Origin: Chlamydiia bacterium
GTDB lineage: Bacteria; Chlamydiota; Chlamydiia; Chlamydiales; Parachlamydiaceae
Assembly (NCBI GenBank): GCA_038257035.1
Contig: JBBSJT010000004.1
Coordinates: forward strand, 1-53,208
DNA: 53,208 bases
Direction: 5' to 3'
A model generated the notes under the pieces. The model saw only the letters and a list, made by a program, of their open reading frames with translations. It made no database searches and was not told the origin of the DNA. Positions within the stretch are counted from its first letter, which is position 1. Each line of letters opens with the position of its first letter. Of this stretch, positions 38,530-48,313 are shown piece after piece. The position numbers and the translations under genes are program-made.

Positions 38530-39420
38530 ATGCATCTTGTTTCTAACCTTGTTTCTAATTCGTTCAATTCCATTGATGTGATTGTTTCTGACGTAACACC
38601 GGAAATAGAGATCACTAAAGCTTTTGGGCTTCTTGAATGCGAAGAAAATGCTTGTCATGATATTCTTGTTCATAATTTATTCACTCATCTTTATTTAAAA
38701 GATTGCTCAAGATTAGGCCGCATTAACCCAAAGCTAACACTTATGGCAAATGAGCAAGAATTTCTAAAAAGGAAAATCTACCTTGAAAAAACGTTTAATC
38801 CACAGGATTGGAATAAATTTTACAAGTTGAAAATAGAGGATGAACTTGAAGCTTGGCAAAGTTTACCTGACAATATCGGGGAGATCTTTAAAAGCTCATG
38901 TCAAATAGTGCCCAATAAAAATTTTGCCAAAACTCATGTCGTGGTTTGGATTCCAAAAGGGATGAGTATTAATTTGTTTCAAAAGATTTTAAAAAAGAAG
39001 CTTCCAAACAATCCCGAGGGTTTCAATGAAGTTTTTGATGGTATCTTGGAAAAATATGGCGACGTCGCAACTGTAAAAGGTGAGTGGATAGTCATGCCAA
39101 GAGAAATCTTACCTACAAGTGCCTGTAAAAAATTCTCTTTTCAAAAAAACATGGTCCGTCAGCTCAATAAAAATCATCATACCAATTATACATTTCCCAA
39201 AGTGCTAGAAGCTATTATTTGCATAACAAATATGCATTTTAAATCTAAAATTAAAATGTTGCAGCAACAATACACTAGGTGCCAAGAAAACATTGATGTT
39301 GATAACGATGGTAAAACATATAGACTCATTGTGGGGTATTCGGGTACGGGTCTTGTTTTACATCATGGTCAATTTGATAATGACAAAATCGGCATCGCCC
39401 CCACACGCAAATTTATATAA
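38530..39420 (+). CDS. Hypothetical protein paralogous to 23647-24438 (degenerate F-box-like N-terminus)
   Basis: LPDNIGEIFKSSC, HVVVWIP, GEWIVM, YTFPKVLEAIICI, IGIAPTRKF. Confidence 0.7.
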   Translation: MHLVSNLVSNSFNSIDVIVSDVTPEIEITKAFGLLECEENACHDILVHNLFTHLYLKDCSRLGRINPKLTLMANEQEFLKRKIYLEKTFNPQDWNKFYKLKIEDELEAWQSLPDNIGEIFKSSCQIVPNKNFAKTHVVVWIPKGMSINLFQKILKKKLPNNPEGFNEVFDGILEKYGDVATVKGEWIVMPREILPTSACKKFSFQKNMVRQLNKNHHTNYTFPKVLEAIICITNMHFKSKIKMLQQQYTRCQENIDVDNDGKTYRLIVGYSGTGLVLHHGQFDNDKIGIAPTRKFI

Positions 39421-39705
39421 TACCGCTGATGTTTGCATTTTTTTACCGCTGAGTTGCACTTTTTTTACAACCTCTAAAGGGGACTTTTTTACCGCGAAGA
39501 ACGCTAAGAAAGACGCGAAGGCACGCGAAGAAGCGCGCTAAAGCGTGAAGAAGATATTTTTTATAATACATATATGCTTTTTTCAAATGTAAATATTGCT
39601 CCTCTCCTCTCTTCGCGCGCAAGCTAAGCTTCTTCGCGTTTCTTCCGCAGCAAAGCTGCGCTTCTTCGCGCTCTTCGCGGTAAAAAAAGCAAACTAAACG
39701 GTATA
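39416..39705. repeat. Long inverted-repeat element, CGCGAAG family (A)
   Basis: Core TTTTTTACCGCGAAGAACGCTAAGAA (39485) ... TTCTTCGCGCTCTTCGCGGTAAAAAA (~39687); additional outer left stub ATACCG..GTTTGC.TTTTTTTACCGC. Confidence 0.88.
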
Positions 39706-39737
39706 AAAAATCAATAACTTCGTGGTTAAGCCCGCGT

Positions 39738-41960
39738 CTATTTTTTGACGAGGTGGTAGGTTTTTTTATAGAAATCGACCATCTGCTTTTCCATAAGGTC
39801 GCTCGGTCCAAAAAATTGTTGGCAATTTGGCAAACTATTCAAAAAATGCTTGCCATACCCTTTTTGTAAAATTCTGGAATCCAAGCAAACAATGCAGCCT
39901 CGATCCTTTTTATTGCGTATCAAGCGGCCAAAACCTTGTTTAAATTTTACAATTGCAGTTGGTAAGGAATACTCCATAAAGGAGTCCTGACCATTTGCAT
40001 GTAGAGCCTCTGATCTTGCTTGTATGATTGGTTCAGATGGAACTTTAAAAGGCAGTTTTACCATCACAACACATCGAAGGGCATCACCGGATACATCCAC
40101 ACCTTCCCAAAACGAATCTGTACCAAAAAGGACTGAACGGTCTTGACTTTTAAATTTCTGAATCAATTTTTGACGGCTCTCAACACCCTGCTTTAGGGGT
40201 ATATAACGGTGGCTTAAAAGTTTTTTCTCTAGATAATTGTAACATGTATTTAGCATGGAATAGGAAGTAAAAAGAATAAACGCATTGCCGTGGGATGCTT
40301 GAATAATTCCCCAAATTTTTTCCGAAGCAACCTGAATAAAATTAGGATCCATTGGATTAGGAATATCTGTTGGAACAACAAGCATGGCCTGTTTTGCAAA
40401 ATTAAAAGGTGAATCATAAACATTTTCAGTGATCGTTTGGTCAGGTAATAATTTAGACGTTAAACCAAGACGCTGCCTGATAAACTGAAATTTCTGATTT
40501 GAAGTTAATGTGGCACTGCATAAAATTACGGTTGAAAATTTATTGAATAAATATTCAACGCAGGACATGGAAATGTCAAGATTTGCATTGTTTAGATGAA
40601 TATTATCTAAGTGTGCAGCTTGAAGTTCTATCCATCTGACTTTATTGGGATCTAATTTATCAGAAATAAACTCAGAGAAAGCATCACCTGACTCCTTAAG
40701 GCGGTTTGAAAGGGCCAAGACCTCGTAACGCACAGTCTTAGTAATCTCGTCTAGTTTTTCATCGTCCATTGCCTTAACATCTTGATCGATACTCTCAATG
40801 GATCTTGCATATTGTGAGATGGCTTTTAAAAGATCTTGCACATTGGGGACAATCTCATTTTGCCAAATCGGATGTGTTTGATGATAGGGAAGAAGCCGAA
40901 GTTTATTTTCCTTATCTTCGCGGGAGGAATTATTCGTTCCGATACTTGTAACAAAATGAGACAGGGCATCAAAAGTGCGTACAATATGCGTCAGAAGATC
41001 ATTTTTATTGCCTGTTAAATCAATATTTAAGCGACTTAAAATAGAAGTGACTTCAGAAGATATAGTCTTTGATTTGTAATAATTCACAATTTTTTGTTTT
41101 AATAGTGGCAGTTTTCCATGCGCATTGACTTGCTTTTCAGCGCTAAGCCTTCCTATGATCCGAAGAAGGTTCATGCGATTAATATTTGTCGCAAAATACT
41201 CTGTTGCAATATCTTCAATATGATGCGCTTCATCTAGAATTACACGCGTATAATGGGGTAAAATTGCAGCATCATTGTAATTTTCATTTTCGGCGCGTCT
41301 ATTTAAATCTGCAAAAAGAAGATGATGATTAACAATTAAAATTTGAGCATCGGCGGCTTTTCGTCTTGCTTTAAAAAAATGGCAATCTTGAAAATATTCA
41401 CATTTGCTATTTGAGCATGTATCGCTTTCAGCCGCTACCATGCCCCACATCTCATGTGAGACTGCAAATGGCAGACTTGATCTTGATCCATCCTTTCCCG
41501 ATTGGTTCCATCCATCAATTTTCTGCAATTCTTCCGCACGTCCGGGGTCTAGAAGAAGGCGCTCATCATTTGCTTCTTGTAATTTTCTAAGACAGAGGTA
41601 ATTGCCCATTCCCTTAATCAACGCAGCTTTTAATTCCACTCCCAGAGCTTTTAAGATTATGGGAATATCTTTTATCATCAGCTGCTCTTGAAGGGCAATG
41701 GTGTGGGTAGAAATGACAGTACGTTCTTTATTTTGAGCCGCCCAAAGGATTGCGGGAATTAGATAAGCAAAGCTTTTCCCGGTACCTGTACCGGCCTCGA
41801 TTAAAGCAATGCTATTATCGTTGTAGGCCTTTAAGATGTCGACCATCATTTTTTGCTGCTGCTCTCTTGGCTCAAACCCTTTTAGAGAGCAGCTCAAAAG
41901 CCCATTTTCTTTCAAAATCTTAAGCGCCTTTTCAATATCAAGGCTTGAAGCTGTTTCCAT
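39738..41960 (-). CDS. DinG/YoaA-family ATP-dependent DNA helicase
   Basis: EAGTGTGKS, Fe-S cysteines, VNHHLL, LDEAHH, SATL, FWEGVDV, QGFGRLIR. Confidence 0.93.
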   Translation of the reverse strand: METASSLDIEKALKILKENGLLSCSLKGFEPREQQQKMMVDILKAYNDNSIALIEAGTGTGKSFAYLIPAILWAAQNKERTVISTHTIALQEQLMIKDIPIILKALGVELKAALIKGMGNYLCLRKLQEANDERLLLDPGRAEELQKIDGWNQSGKDGSRSSLPFAVSHEMWGMVAAESDTCSNSKCEYFQDCHFFKARRKAADAQILIVNHHLLFADLNRRAENENYNDAAILPHYTRVILDEAHHIEDIATEYFATNINRMNLLRIIGRLSAEKQVNAHGKLPLLKQKIVNYYKSKTISSEVTSILSRLNIDLTGNKNDLLTHIVRTFDALSHFVTSIGTNNSSREDKENKLRLLPYHQTHPIWQNEIVPNVQDLLKAISQYARSIESIDQDVKAMDDEKLDEITKTVRYEVLALSNRLKESGDAFSEFISDKLDPNKVRWIELQAAHLDNIHLNNANLDISMSCVEYLFNKFSTVILCSATLTSNQKFQFIRQRLGLTSKLLPDQTITENVYDSPFNFAKQAMLVVPTDIPNPMDPNFIQVASEKIWGIIQASHGNAFILFTSYSMLNTCYNYLEKKLLSHRYIPLKQGVESRQKLIQKFKSQDRSVLFGTDSFWEGVDVSGDALRCVVMVKLPFKVPSEPIIQARSEALHANGQDSFMEYSLPTAIVKFKQGFGRLIRNKKDRGCIVCLDSRILQKGYGKHFLNSLPNCQQFFGPSDLMEKQMVDFYKKTYHLVKK

Positions 41961-43625
41961 TTATTCAGCTTCTAGAAGGTCAAGAAAAGCTTTTAATTGC
42001 TTGGATCTTGTTGGGTGACGCATCTTGCGTAAAGCTTTTGCCTCAATCTGTCTGATACGTTCTCTTGTTACATTAAATTCGATACCCACTTCTTCGAGCG
42101 TTTTTGGTTTACCATCGGCAAGGCCGAAACGTTGAATCAAAACTTTTCGTTCGCGTTCTGTTAATGTAGACAAAACATCGCCCATTTTATCTTTCAAAAT
42201 GGAATAACCGGTAGCTTCTGCCGGTGAATCTGCTGAGGTGTCTTCGAGGAAATCCCCGAATTGGCTTTCTCCACCATCGCCAACTTCTGCTTGAAGCGAA
42301 ATTGGATGCTGAGCAATTTTATAGATCTCTCTTACGCGATCGGCAGTAATTCCAAGCTCCGCAGCAAGCTCTTCGGGACTTGGTTCACGACCTGTTTCCA
42401 TCATCAGTTTTTTTGCACCCCGAAGAACTTTATTGATCGTTTCGATCATATGGACCGGAATTCTAATGGTTCTTGCCTGATCTGCAATGGCACGAGTCAC
42501 GGCTTGACGAATCCACCAAGTAGCGTATGTTGAAAATTTATATCCTCTGCGGTATTCAAATTTCTCAACGGCCTTCATCAAACCCATATTTCCTTCTTGG
42601 ATTAAATCAAGGAAGGAAAGTCCACGGTTAGTGTATTTTTTTGCAATGGAGATAACTAATCTTAAGTTAGATTCCACCATTTCGCGTTTAGCTTCCTGGC
42701 TCTTATCCATCCAGCGCTGAAGCATACGTACATCTTTTTTGAAATCATCTAAAGTACGTCCGGCTCCCAATTCTCTTTTTTGAAGCTTGCGTTTTGCAGA
42801 AGCCAATTTAGAGGCCGCAAACTTGTTTCTTTCAGCACGGGGTACCAACTCATTGATTTCTTTTTCAAGCTGCAAGAAGCGATCGTATGAGCGTGTAATC
42901 AGCTCGCCAAAATCTTCAGTGATGTTTGGTCGAAAATGAAATCTTCGCAAATAACTTTGTGTCCTAATCCGACACTTTTCAATTTCTTCTGTAATTGCCG
43001 GGCGATCAGTCTTTTTAAGATTCGGATCTTGAAGTTTGACCAAAATAAGTTGCAATTTGTCATCTTCTTCTTTAAGAAGTCTTGCAAGCTTTGGTAAAAG
43101 AAGAATAAATTCTTGCTTATTAGTAATTTCTTTTTCTGTGATGCATTTATCAAAGCGATCTTTACCTTGAATAAGGAAGTTTGCAATGGAGATGGCTTCA
43201 CATGTCGAGTAGCGAAAACGCATGATAATGCGTTCAATTTGAAATTGCGCTTTTTCAATACGCTTTGAAATTTCAACTTCTTCTTCGCGAGTAAGTAAGG
43301 GGACAGAGCCCATTTCTTTTAAATACATGCGGACAGGGTCGTCCGGTGTGCCCTCTGCACGCTTTGGAAGACCTTCTAATTCTTTAGCTTCTTTTTTTCG
43401 CTCTTTTTGCTTATCAACTTCTGACTGGTTTAGGATCTGGATGTCCATTCCGGTCAAATAAATTAAAACCTGATCAATTTCTTCTGCAGAATCAAAATTC
43501 ATGGGCAGAATGTCATTGATCTCCTCATAGGTAATATAGCCCTGTTCCTTAGCTAAGTTGACTAACTCATCTATTTTTTGCTGATACTGATTGGAAACAC
43601 CGCTTTTAAAATTCGACTTGTTCAT
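41961..43625 (-). CDS. rpoD: Primary sigma factor RpoD (sigma66/70)
   Basis: [63 protein letters not shown] upstream of the ATG at 43625. Confidence 0.97.
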   Translation of the reverse strand: MNKSNFKSGVSNQYQQKIDELVNLAKEQGYITYEEINDILPMNFDSAEEIDQVLIYLTGMDIQILNQSEVDKQKERKKEAKELEGLPKRAEGTPDDPVRMYLKEMGSVPLLTREEEVEISKRIEKAQFQIERIIMRFRYSTCEAISIANFLIQGKDRFDKCITEKEITNKQEFILLLPKLARLLKEEDDKLQLILVKLQDPNLKKTDRPAITEEIEKCRIRTQSYLRRFHFRPNITEDFGELITRSYDRFLQLEKEINELVPRAERNKFAASKLASAKRKLQKRELGAGRTLDDFKKDVRMLQRWMDKSQEAKREMVESNLRLVISIAKKYTNRGLSFLDLIQEGNMGLMKAVEKFEYRRGYKFSTYATWWIRQAVTRAIADQARTIRIPVHMIETINKVLRGAKKLMMETGREPSPEELAAELGITADRVREIYKIAQHPISLQAEVGDGGESQFGDFLEDTSADSPAEATGYSILKDKMGDVLSTLTERERKVLIQRFGLADGKPKTLEEVGIEFNVTRERIRQIEAKALRKMRHPTRSKQLKAFLDLLEAE

Positions 43626-43750
43626 GATCTCCTTAAGAATTATTACCTTGAAAAAAGACAATCATACATTTAAAATGTATGAGGAATGTAAATTTTGTAA
43701 TACTTTAACTGTTTTTGTCAAGAACCTAATACATTGTCAAGTTTATTTTC

Positions 43751-44608
43751 ATGCAGCTTTACGCACTCGACCAAAATTTAACCGTTATCCACGCAAAAAA
43801 TGCAAAAAAACATATGAGTTATCAATGTTTGGAATGCAAAAGTTTTGTGCGTCTACGAGGGGGAATTCATCGGCAAAATCATTTTTATCATGTTCATCAA
43901 ACTTCCCTCTGTAAGCAAAGCGGCAAAAGCATGGAACATTTGCAAGTTCAACTTTTCTTGCAAAAAGAGTTAAATTGTCAAGATTTGCACCTTGAAAAAC
44001 GCTTTAATGAAATTGGAAGGATTGCAGATGTTGTCTCATTTTCAAAAAAACTTGTTTTTGAAGTGCAATGCTCTCCCATTTCCTTAGAGGAAGTAAAGTC
44101 AAGGAACCTTGATTATCAAAGACTTGGATTATCTGTCATCTGGATTTTGCACGAAAAGAATTTCAATCAAACTAAAGTTTCTGCTGTAGAAGATTTTTTA
44201 CAATCAACACATCATTATTTTACCAATATAGATGCCAATGGGCTAGGATTTATTTATGATCAATTCTCTCTTTTTGATAAGGGCAAAAGAATATTTTCCT
44301 CAAAGCCATTTATTGTAGATGTGAATCAATTTTTTCAAAATGACTTCTATGTAAAAAACCAGCCCATACCAACCCCTCTTTTACAAAAAATAATTTCCCA
44401 GCCCTTCTTTTTTAAAGGCGATCTAGTTGACTATTGCAAATCAGAACAGTTTTCAGAAAACACTTTTGGTCAAGCACTTAGAATCCTTGAGTTAAGAAAA
44501 CCAAAAAAATTGACCCTTACACTGTTCTTTATACATCTTTTGAAAAGTTATATTATTAGGCCCTATAGGATCTTCCTCAATATCCTCCTCGAAAAAGCCA
44601 CTCTTTGA
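43751..44608 (+). CDS. CoiA-like nuclease family protein
   Basis: YQCLEC..V.LR.G....HFYH, EHL, RIADV, FEVQCSPIS, Y..LGL.VIWI. Confidence 0.8.
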   Translation: MQLYALDQNLTVIHAKNAKKHMSYQCLECKSFVRLRGGIHRQNHFYHVHQTSLCKQSGKSMEHLQVQLFLQKELNCQDLHLEKRFNEIGRIADVVSFSKKLVFEVQCSPISLEEVKSRNLDYQRLGLSVIWILHEKNFNQTKVSAVEDFLQSTHHYFTNIDANGLGFIYDQFSLFDKGKRIFSSKPFIVDVNQFFQNDFYVKNQPIPTPLLQKIISQPFFFKGDLVDYCKSEQFSENTFGQALRILELRKPKKLTLTLFFIHLLKSYIIRPYRIFLNILLEKATL

Positions 44609-44613
44609 ACTGT

Positions 44614-44764
44614 ACGGTTTTTTTAAACAAGAGAGAGCAAGAGACGAGCAAAAGAAAATGAGAGGGGTATGAATTAACATTTGCCTTAGTGTACTTTATA
44701 ACCTTTCATCCTCTATCATTTTCCTCTCGTTCTTCCTCTGTGATCTTTGTGTTAAAAAAACCGT
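44614..44764. repeat. Degenerate long inverted-repeat element, family E
   Basis: ACGGTTTTTTTAAACAAGAGAG... / ...CCTCTGTGATCTTTGTGTTAAAAAAACCGT. Confidence 0.7.
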
Positions 44765-44917
44765 CATCCCTTCCAACATTCAAAAAAAGATTTGCATCAA
44801 AATTAGATTTTTAGTTACGGTCAAATTAAGGACACTTCTTATTACACTTGCTGTAAGCATCGCAATTATTCTTACCTATTGTTTTAAACATCTATTTTTC
44901 AAAAAGACGAGGGATCT

Positions 44918-45334
44918 ATGGTTTTTGAAATTTGTGCAGCAATAGCAACGTTCGTATTCGTAATTTTAGCATATTTTATTGTGCAGACATTAAAAGTGGT
45001 TCAAAAATCATTAAAAGAAGTCACTGTAACAATAAATAAACTAGAATCAGAAGTAGATGAACTAAAATCAAATGTTAATGAAATTTTAATCAATTCAAAT
45101 AAGACTATTGAAAAAATCAACAATAAAATCGACACGATCACTCCCGTCATCGATCTATTTTCACAAGTTGGAGAAGTAGGACAAGAGGCTCTTGGATTTT
45201 GTGAATCGAAAATGGACAATTATATTCATAGCAAAGAGAAAGCAAAATCAAATTGGGAAGACAAAATCTCGGATGTATCGGAAATAATAAATTTAGGTAT
45301 TAAGGTTTTTCAAAAAATTAAAAAAAGGAATTAA
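44918..45334 (+). CDS. DUF948 (YoxC-like) protein
   Basis: N-terminal TM (IATFVFVILAYFIVQTL) followed by a coiled coil. Confidence 0.75.
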   Translation: MVFEICAAIATFVFVILAYFIVQTLKVVQKSLKEVTVTINKLESEVDELKSNVNEILINSNKTIEKINNKIDTITPVIDLFSQVGEVGQEALGFCESKMDNYIHSKEKAKSNWEDKISDVSEIINLGIKVFQKIKKRN

Positions 45335-45337
45335 TTT

Positions 45338-46027
45338 ATGCAAAAAAATACAACAACTCATAAAAAAGCGGCCCCTGCTCCAAAAGCCCGTATTCATAAA
45401 AAACCAACAATGCAAAGTCAAGCGCATAAACGTCGCACTAATGGACATAATTTAAACGGCTTTTTCAAAGATAACGATACAAATGTAGCTTTGGGCGCAG
45501 TAGCTTTAGCTATTGGTGGTGGACTTGCAGCCTTTTTCTTATTAAAACCAAGCGAAGAAGAGCATTATACAGATCAAGCTTATGATACAGTTAAAAATGC
45601 TTATGAATATGCAACCGATTATGCAGGTAATATCAAAGACTATGCTGAAAATATTAAAGATACAGCTTACGATATGTATGAACAACCTTACTCAACCTCT
45701 CTTTTAGTAACAGGAATTATTAGCGGAACACTACTTGGTGCATCAGCTATTTATCTATTGTCAAACAGTTCAAATAAAAGTACAGAAAATCTTATGGAAA
45801 AATTATCTGATATTATGGACACTGTTTCAGAAGCTGCCCACAATACAAGTGATAGCATTCAATCAAATAAATGGTTTAGTGCGGCTCAAGAAATTATTGA
45901 ATCGCTAGTTGAAAAAGCCGGTGAGTATAAAGAAGAGGTCACTCATCACAAAGGTCATTTTTTAAATGATGCACTTGAGATGGGATTAAATGGTTATCGC
46001 GTATGGAAAAACCTCAAGAAAAGATAA
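45338..46027 (+). CDS. YtxH-like protein
   Basis: Two GG..LG/LAA..LL hydrophobic motifs each followed by amphipathic helices; adjacent to DUF948. Confidence 0.55.
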   Translation: MQKNTTTHKKAAPAPKARIHKKPTMQSQAHKRRTNGHNLNGFFKDNDTNVALGAVALAIGGGLAAFFLLKPSEEEHYTDQAYDTVKNAYEYATDYAGNIKDYAENIKDTAYDMYEQPYSTSLLVTGIISGTLLGASAIYLLSNSSNKSTENLMEKLSDIMDTVSEAAHNTSDSIQSNKWFSAAQEIIESLVEKAGEYKEEVTHHKGHFLNDALEMGLNGYRVWKNLKKR

Positions 46028-46058
46028 GGTGCGACGGCTGAATTTCTAGAATAATAAT

Positions 46059-46104
46059 ATGCTTGGATTTCACATCTAATAATTAGTGAGATCCGGGCAT
46101 TTTC
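46059..46104 (+). terminator. Putative intrinsic terminator
   Basis: ATGCTTGGATTTCAC...GTGAGATCCGGGCAT stem (with G-T pairs) followed by T-run. Confidence 0.5.
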
Positions 46105-46124
46105 ATTTCAGCTAAACTATAAAC

Positions 46125-46246
46125 GTTTTTGATTTTTTACGGTTGAGTCGTAAAGAAAGTCGTGAGGTCGGTGAGAAGCAATGCATTCCTAACCCCTCAA
46201 TGTCCTCATGTTTTTCTCACTGCCTCATTGGTAAAAAAATCAGAAC
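46125..46246. repeat. Degenerate CAGTGAG family (D) element
   Basis: Right arm CCCCTCAATGTCCTCATGTTTTTCTCACTGCCTCATTGGTAAAAAAATCAGAA well conserved; left arm eroded; shares ATTCCTAACCCCTCA with the 28592 copy. Confidence 0.8.
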
Positions 46247-46275
46247 TGAAGAAAGCTAAAGGTTGGATCTATTGT

Positions 46276-48021
46276 TTAATTGATTTTGGAGAGTGCTTCC
46301 ATGACCTCTAAGATTGAATAAGCGACATAATCGGCTTCAGATAATCCAAATTTATCAGAAACCAATTTGTTTTCTAGCCATCCCAACATGCAAACAATGA
46401 CTTTAAGATCAGGTTTTTGTTGACGAAGTCTTTTACAAAGATGTTCAGCGTAGCTCAAAACAAAAGGGGCTACAATGACAATGCAAACCACTTCAATTTT
46501 TTCGTTATCAATAAATACAAGATTGTTTTCTAAATTTAAACTTTTTGCCTCTTCAACATCATAAGATTCTGCAATCAAAAATTGCGTTAAAATATTACTT
46601 CCAAGCTTATCTCGGGAAGCTTTTGCAGGAATGCAATACACCTTTTTTTTCGATTTCACATCAGGATTTTGGCTTTCAATTTGGTTCGTCCCTTTCAAAA
46701 ATTCTAAAATATCGTAAATTCCTTGGAAGACACTTTCTTTTTTTTCTATTGTAATCACATCGAGATATAAATCATTTTCAGCTTTAGAAATAATTGGGAT
46801 TAATAAGGAGTCAAAAAGTGATATGAGAGAATTCGTCTTTAAGTAATTGCTAATAAGATCAATGGATTCATTTGAATCGTACGTCAGTAGCCGATTATAA
46901 TACTCCTCTTCCTGGTTAGAAACATGTTCTTCACGAAATAAATCGCTTATAAATTTCAACATGGATGAGTGCTTACTTAAAACGACAAGGCAAACCGTCA
47001 ATGGTGTAGATAAAAGAAGACCTATCGGCCCAAAAAACCATGTCCAAAAAACAAAGGATGAGACAAAGGCAAATGATGATATACCTGCAGCTATGCTATA
47101 AAACATTGGCTCAATGAAATTGGCAGTGACAGTTGCAATAAACGCAAAATAGGAAATGGTTAACATGGGCAAGACCCATGAATCAGCAATGATAAACGAA
47201 AAGGCAATGGGTAAAACCGCCCCTATAAAAGGACCTAAATAGGGAATATACTGGAAAATTGCTGCAAAGTAGCCCCATAAAATGAAATTGGGAACTCCTA
47301 TGACATATAGACCAATGGAAACAATTATCCCATAAGAAATATTAACCATTGTTTGTCTAAAAAAAAAATCATACATTTTATTACTGACATCGTCTAAGGC
47401 ACTAATTGTAGAACCCACTTTTCCGTGGCCCATAAATTTAATGATACGACTTCTAATATCGGTTCGACCAAATAACATGAAAATGACAAGCAAAAGAATG
47501 ATCCCCAAAGATGCGACAATGTTAAAAAATGAGCCAAAAAGCGATTGTACAAATTGAATGAGGCTTCCACTTAAATCAATTACTTTTAGCTCTACGGGGG
47601 GCAGATTGGTACTTTTTTTTTCATTTTTTGGCGTCAGGTAGATATCACTAAAATTTTCTTTAAAGTAATTAAATAAATTCTCTTTTTGAGATTCAAACGC
47701 TTTTAATTTCGATTGGATATTTTCATTATAGTACTCAGAATTAGATCCAAACAAATAAAGTTCTCGACTGAAAACGTATACTGAAAAACCAATGAAAGTA
47801 AATACAATAATCACTACAATTAAAATTGCAAGAGCCTCTCCGACAAACTTTGCAAACCTTGTGACAAGGGGGGAAAGAAGAAAGGTCAAAAAGGCTGCAA
47901 TCCCAAAAAGAAGAACCACGTTTTGCGCAAAATAAAGGGCAAATAGAGTAAAAAATATAATTAGTAATTTGTAAATGCCAAGTATGGCCGAATTCACTGC
48001 ATTATTTCTATTTGTCCGCAT
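46276..48021 (-). CDS. AI-2E-family transporter with a C-terminal soluble extension
   Basis: FLLSPLV, IGVP...WG, YIPYLGP, NFIEP, FWTWFFGPIGLLLSTPLTVCL, YYNRLL. Confidence 0.88.
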   Translation of the reverse strand: MRTNRNNAVNSAILGIYKLLIIFFTLFALYFAQNVVLLFGIAAFLTFLLSPLVTRFAKFVGEALAILIVVIIVFTFIGFSVYVFSRELYLFGSNSEYYNENIQSKLKAFESQKENLFNYFKENFSDIYLTPKNEKKSTNLPPVELKVIDLSGSLIQFVQSLFGSFFNIVASLGIILLLVIFMLFGRTDIRSRIIKFMGHGKVGSTISALDDVSNKMYDFFFRQTMVNISYGIIVSIGLYVIGVPNFILWGYFAAIFQYIPYLGPFIGAVLPIAFSFIIADSWVLPMLTISYFAFIATVTANFIEPMFYSIAAGISSFAFVSSFVFWTWFFGPIGLLLSTPLTVCLVVLSKHSSMLKFISDLFREEHVSNQEEEYYNRLLTYDSNESIDLISNYLKTNSLISLFDSLLIPIISKAENDLYLDVITIEKKESVFQGIYDILEFLKGTNQIESQNPDVKSKKKVYCIPAKASRDKLGSNILTQFLIAESYDVEEAKSLNLENNLVFIDNEKIEVVCIVIVAPFVLSYAEHLCKRLRQQKPDLKVIVCMLGWLENKLVSDKFGLSEADYVAYSILEVMEALSKIN

Positions 48022-48034
48022 TTGCTTCCATTTA

Positions 48035-48197
48035 GTTTTTTTTTAACCAAGAGAGAACACAAAGTTTACAGAGAGAGCAGGCAAGCAAGATAAGTTAAAT
48101 TACCAAATTTCAAAAACAATTTTTAAAGAATTTACAAAAAAATCTTTTTAGCCTCTCTTCTTCCTCTGTCAACTCTGGCACTCTCTTGTTTAAAAAC
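48035..48197. repeat. Degenerate long inverted-repeat element, family E
   Basis: GTTTTTTTTTAACCAAGAGAGAACACAAAGTTTACAGAG / CTCTGTCAACTCTGGCACTCTCTTGTTTAAAAAC. Confidence 0.7.
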
Positions 48198-48313
48198 GGT
48201 CTAGATACTAACGCCATATATCGGATTAAAAAAAATATTTGTCAATGGATTAAATGCCTGTAAATTTAACTTATCATTTGATATATGGGACTTAAATGAA
48301 TTAGAAGGAAATT

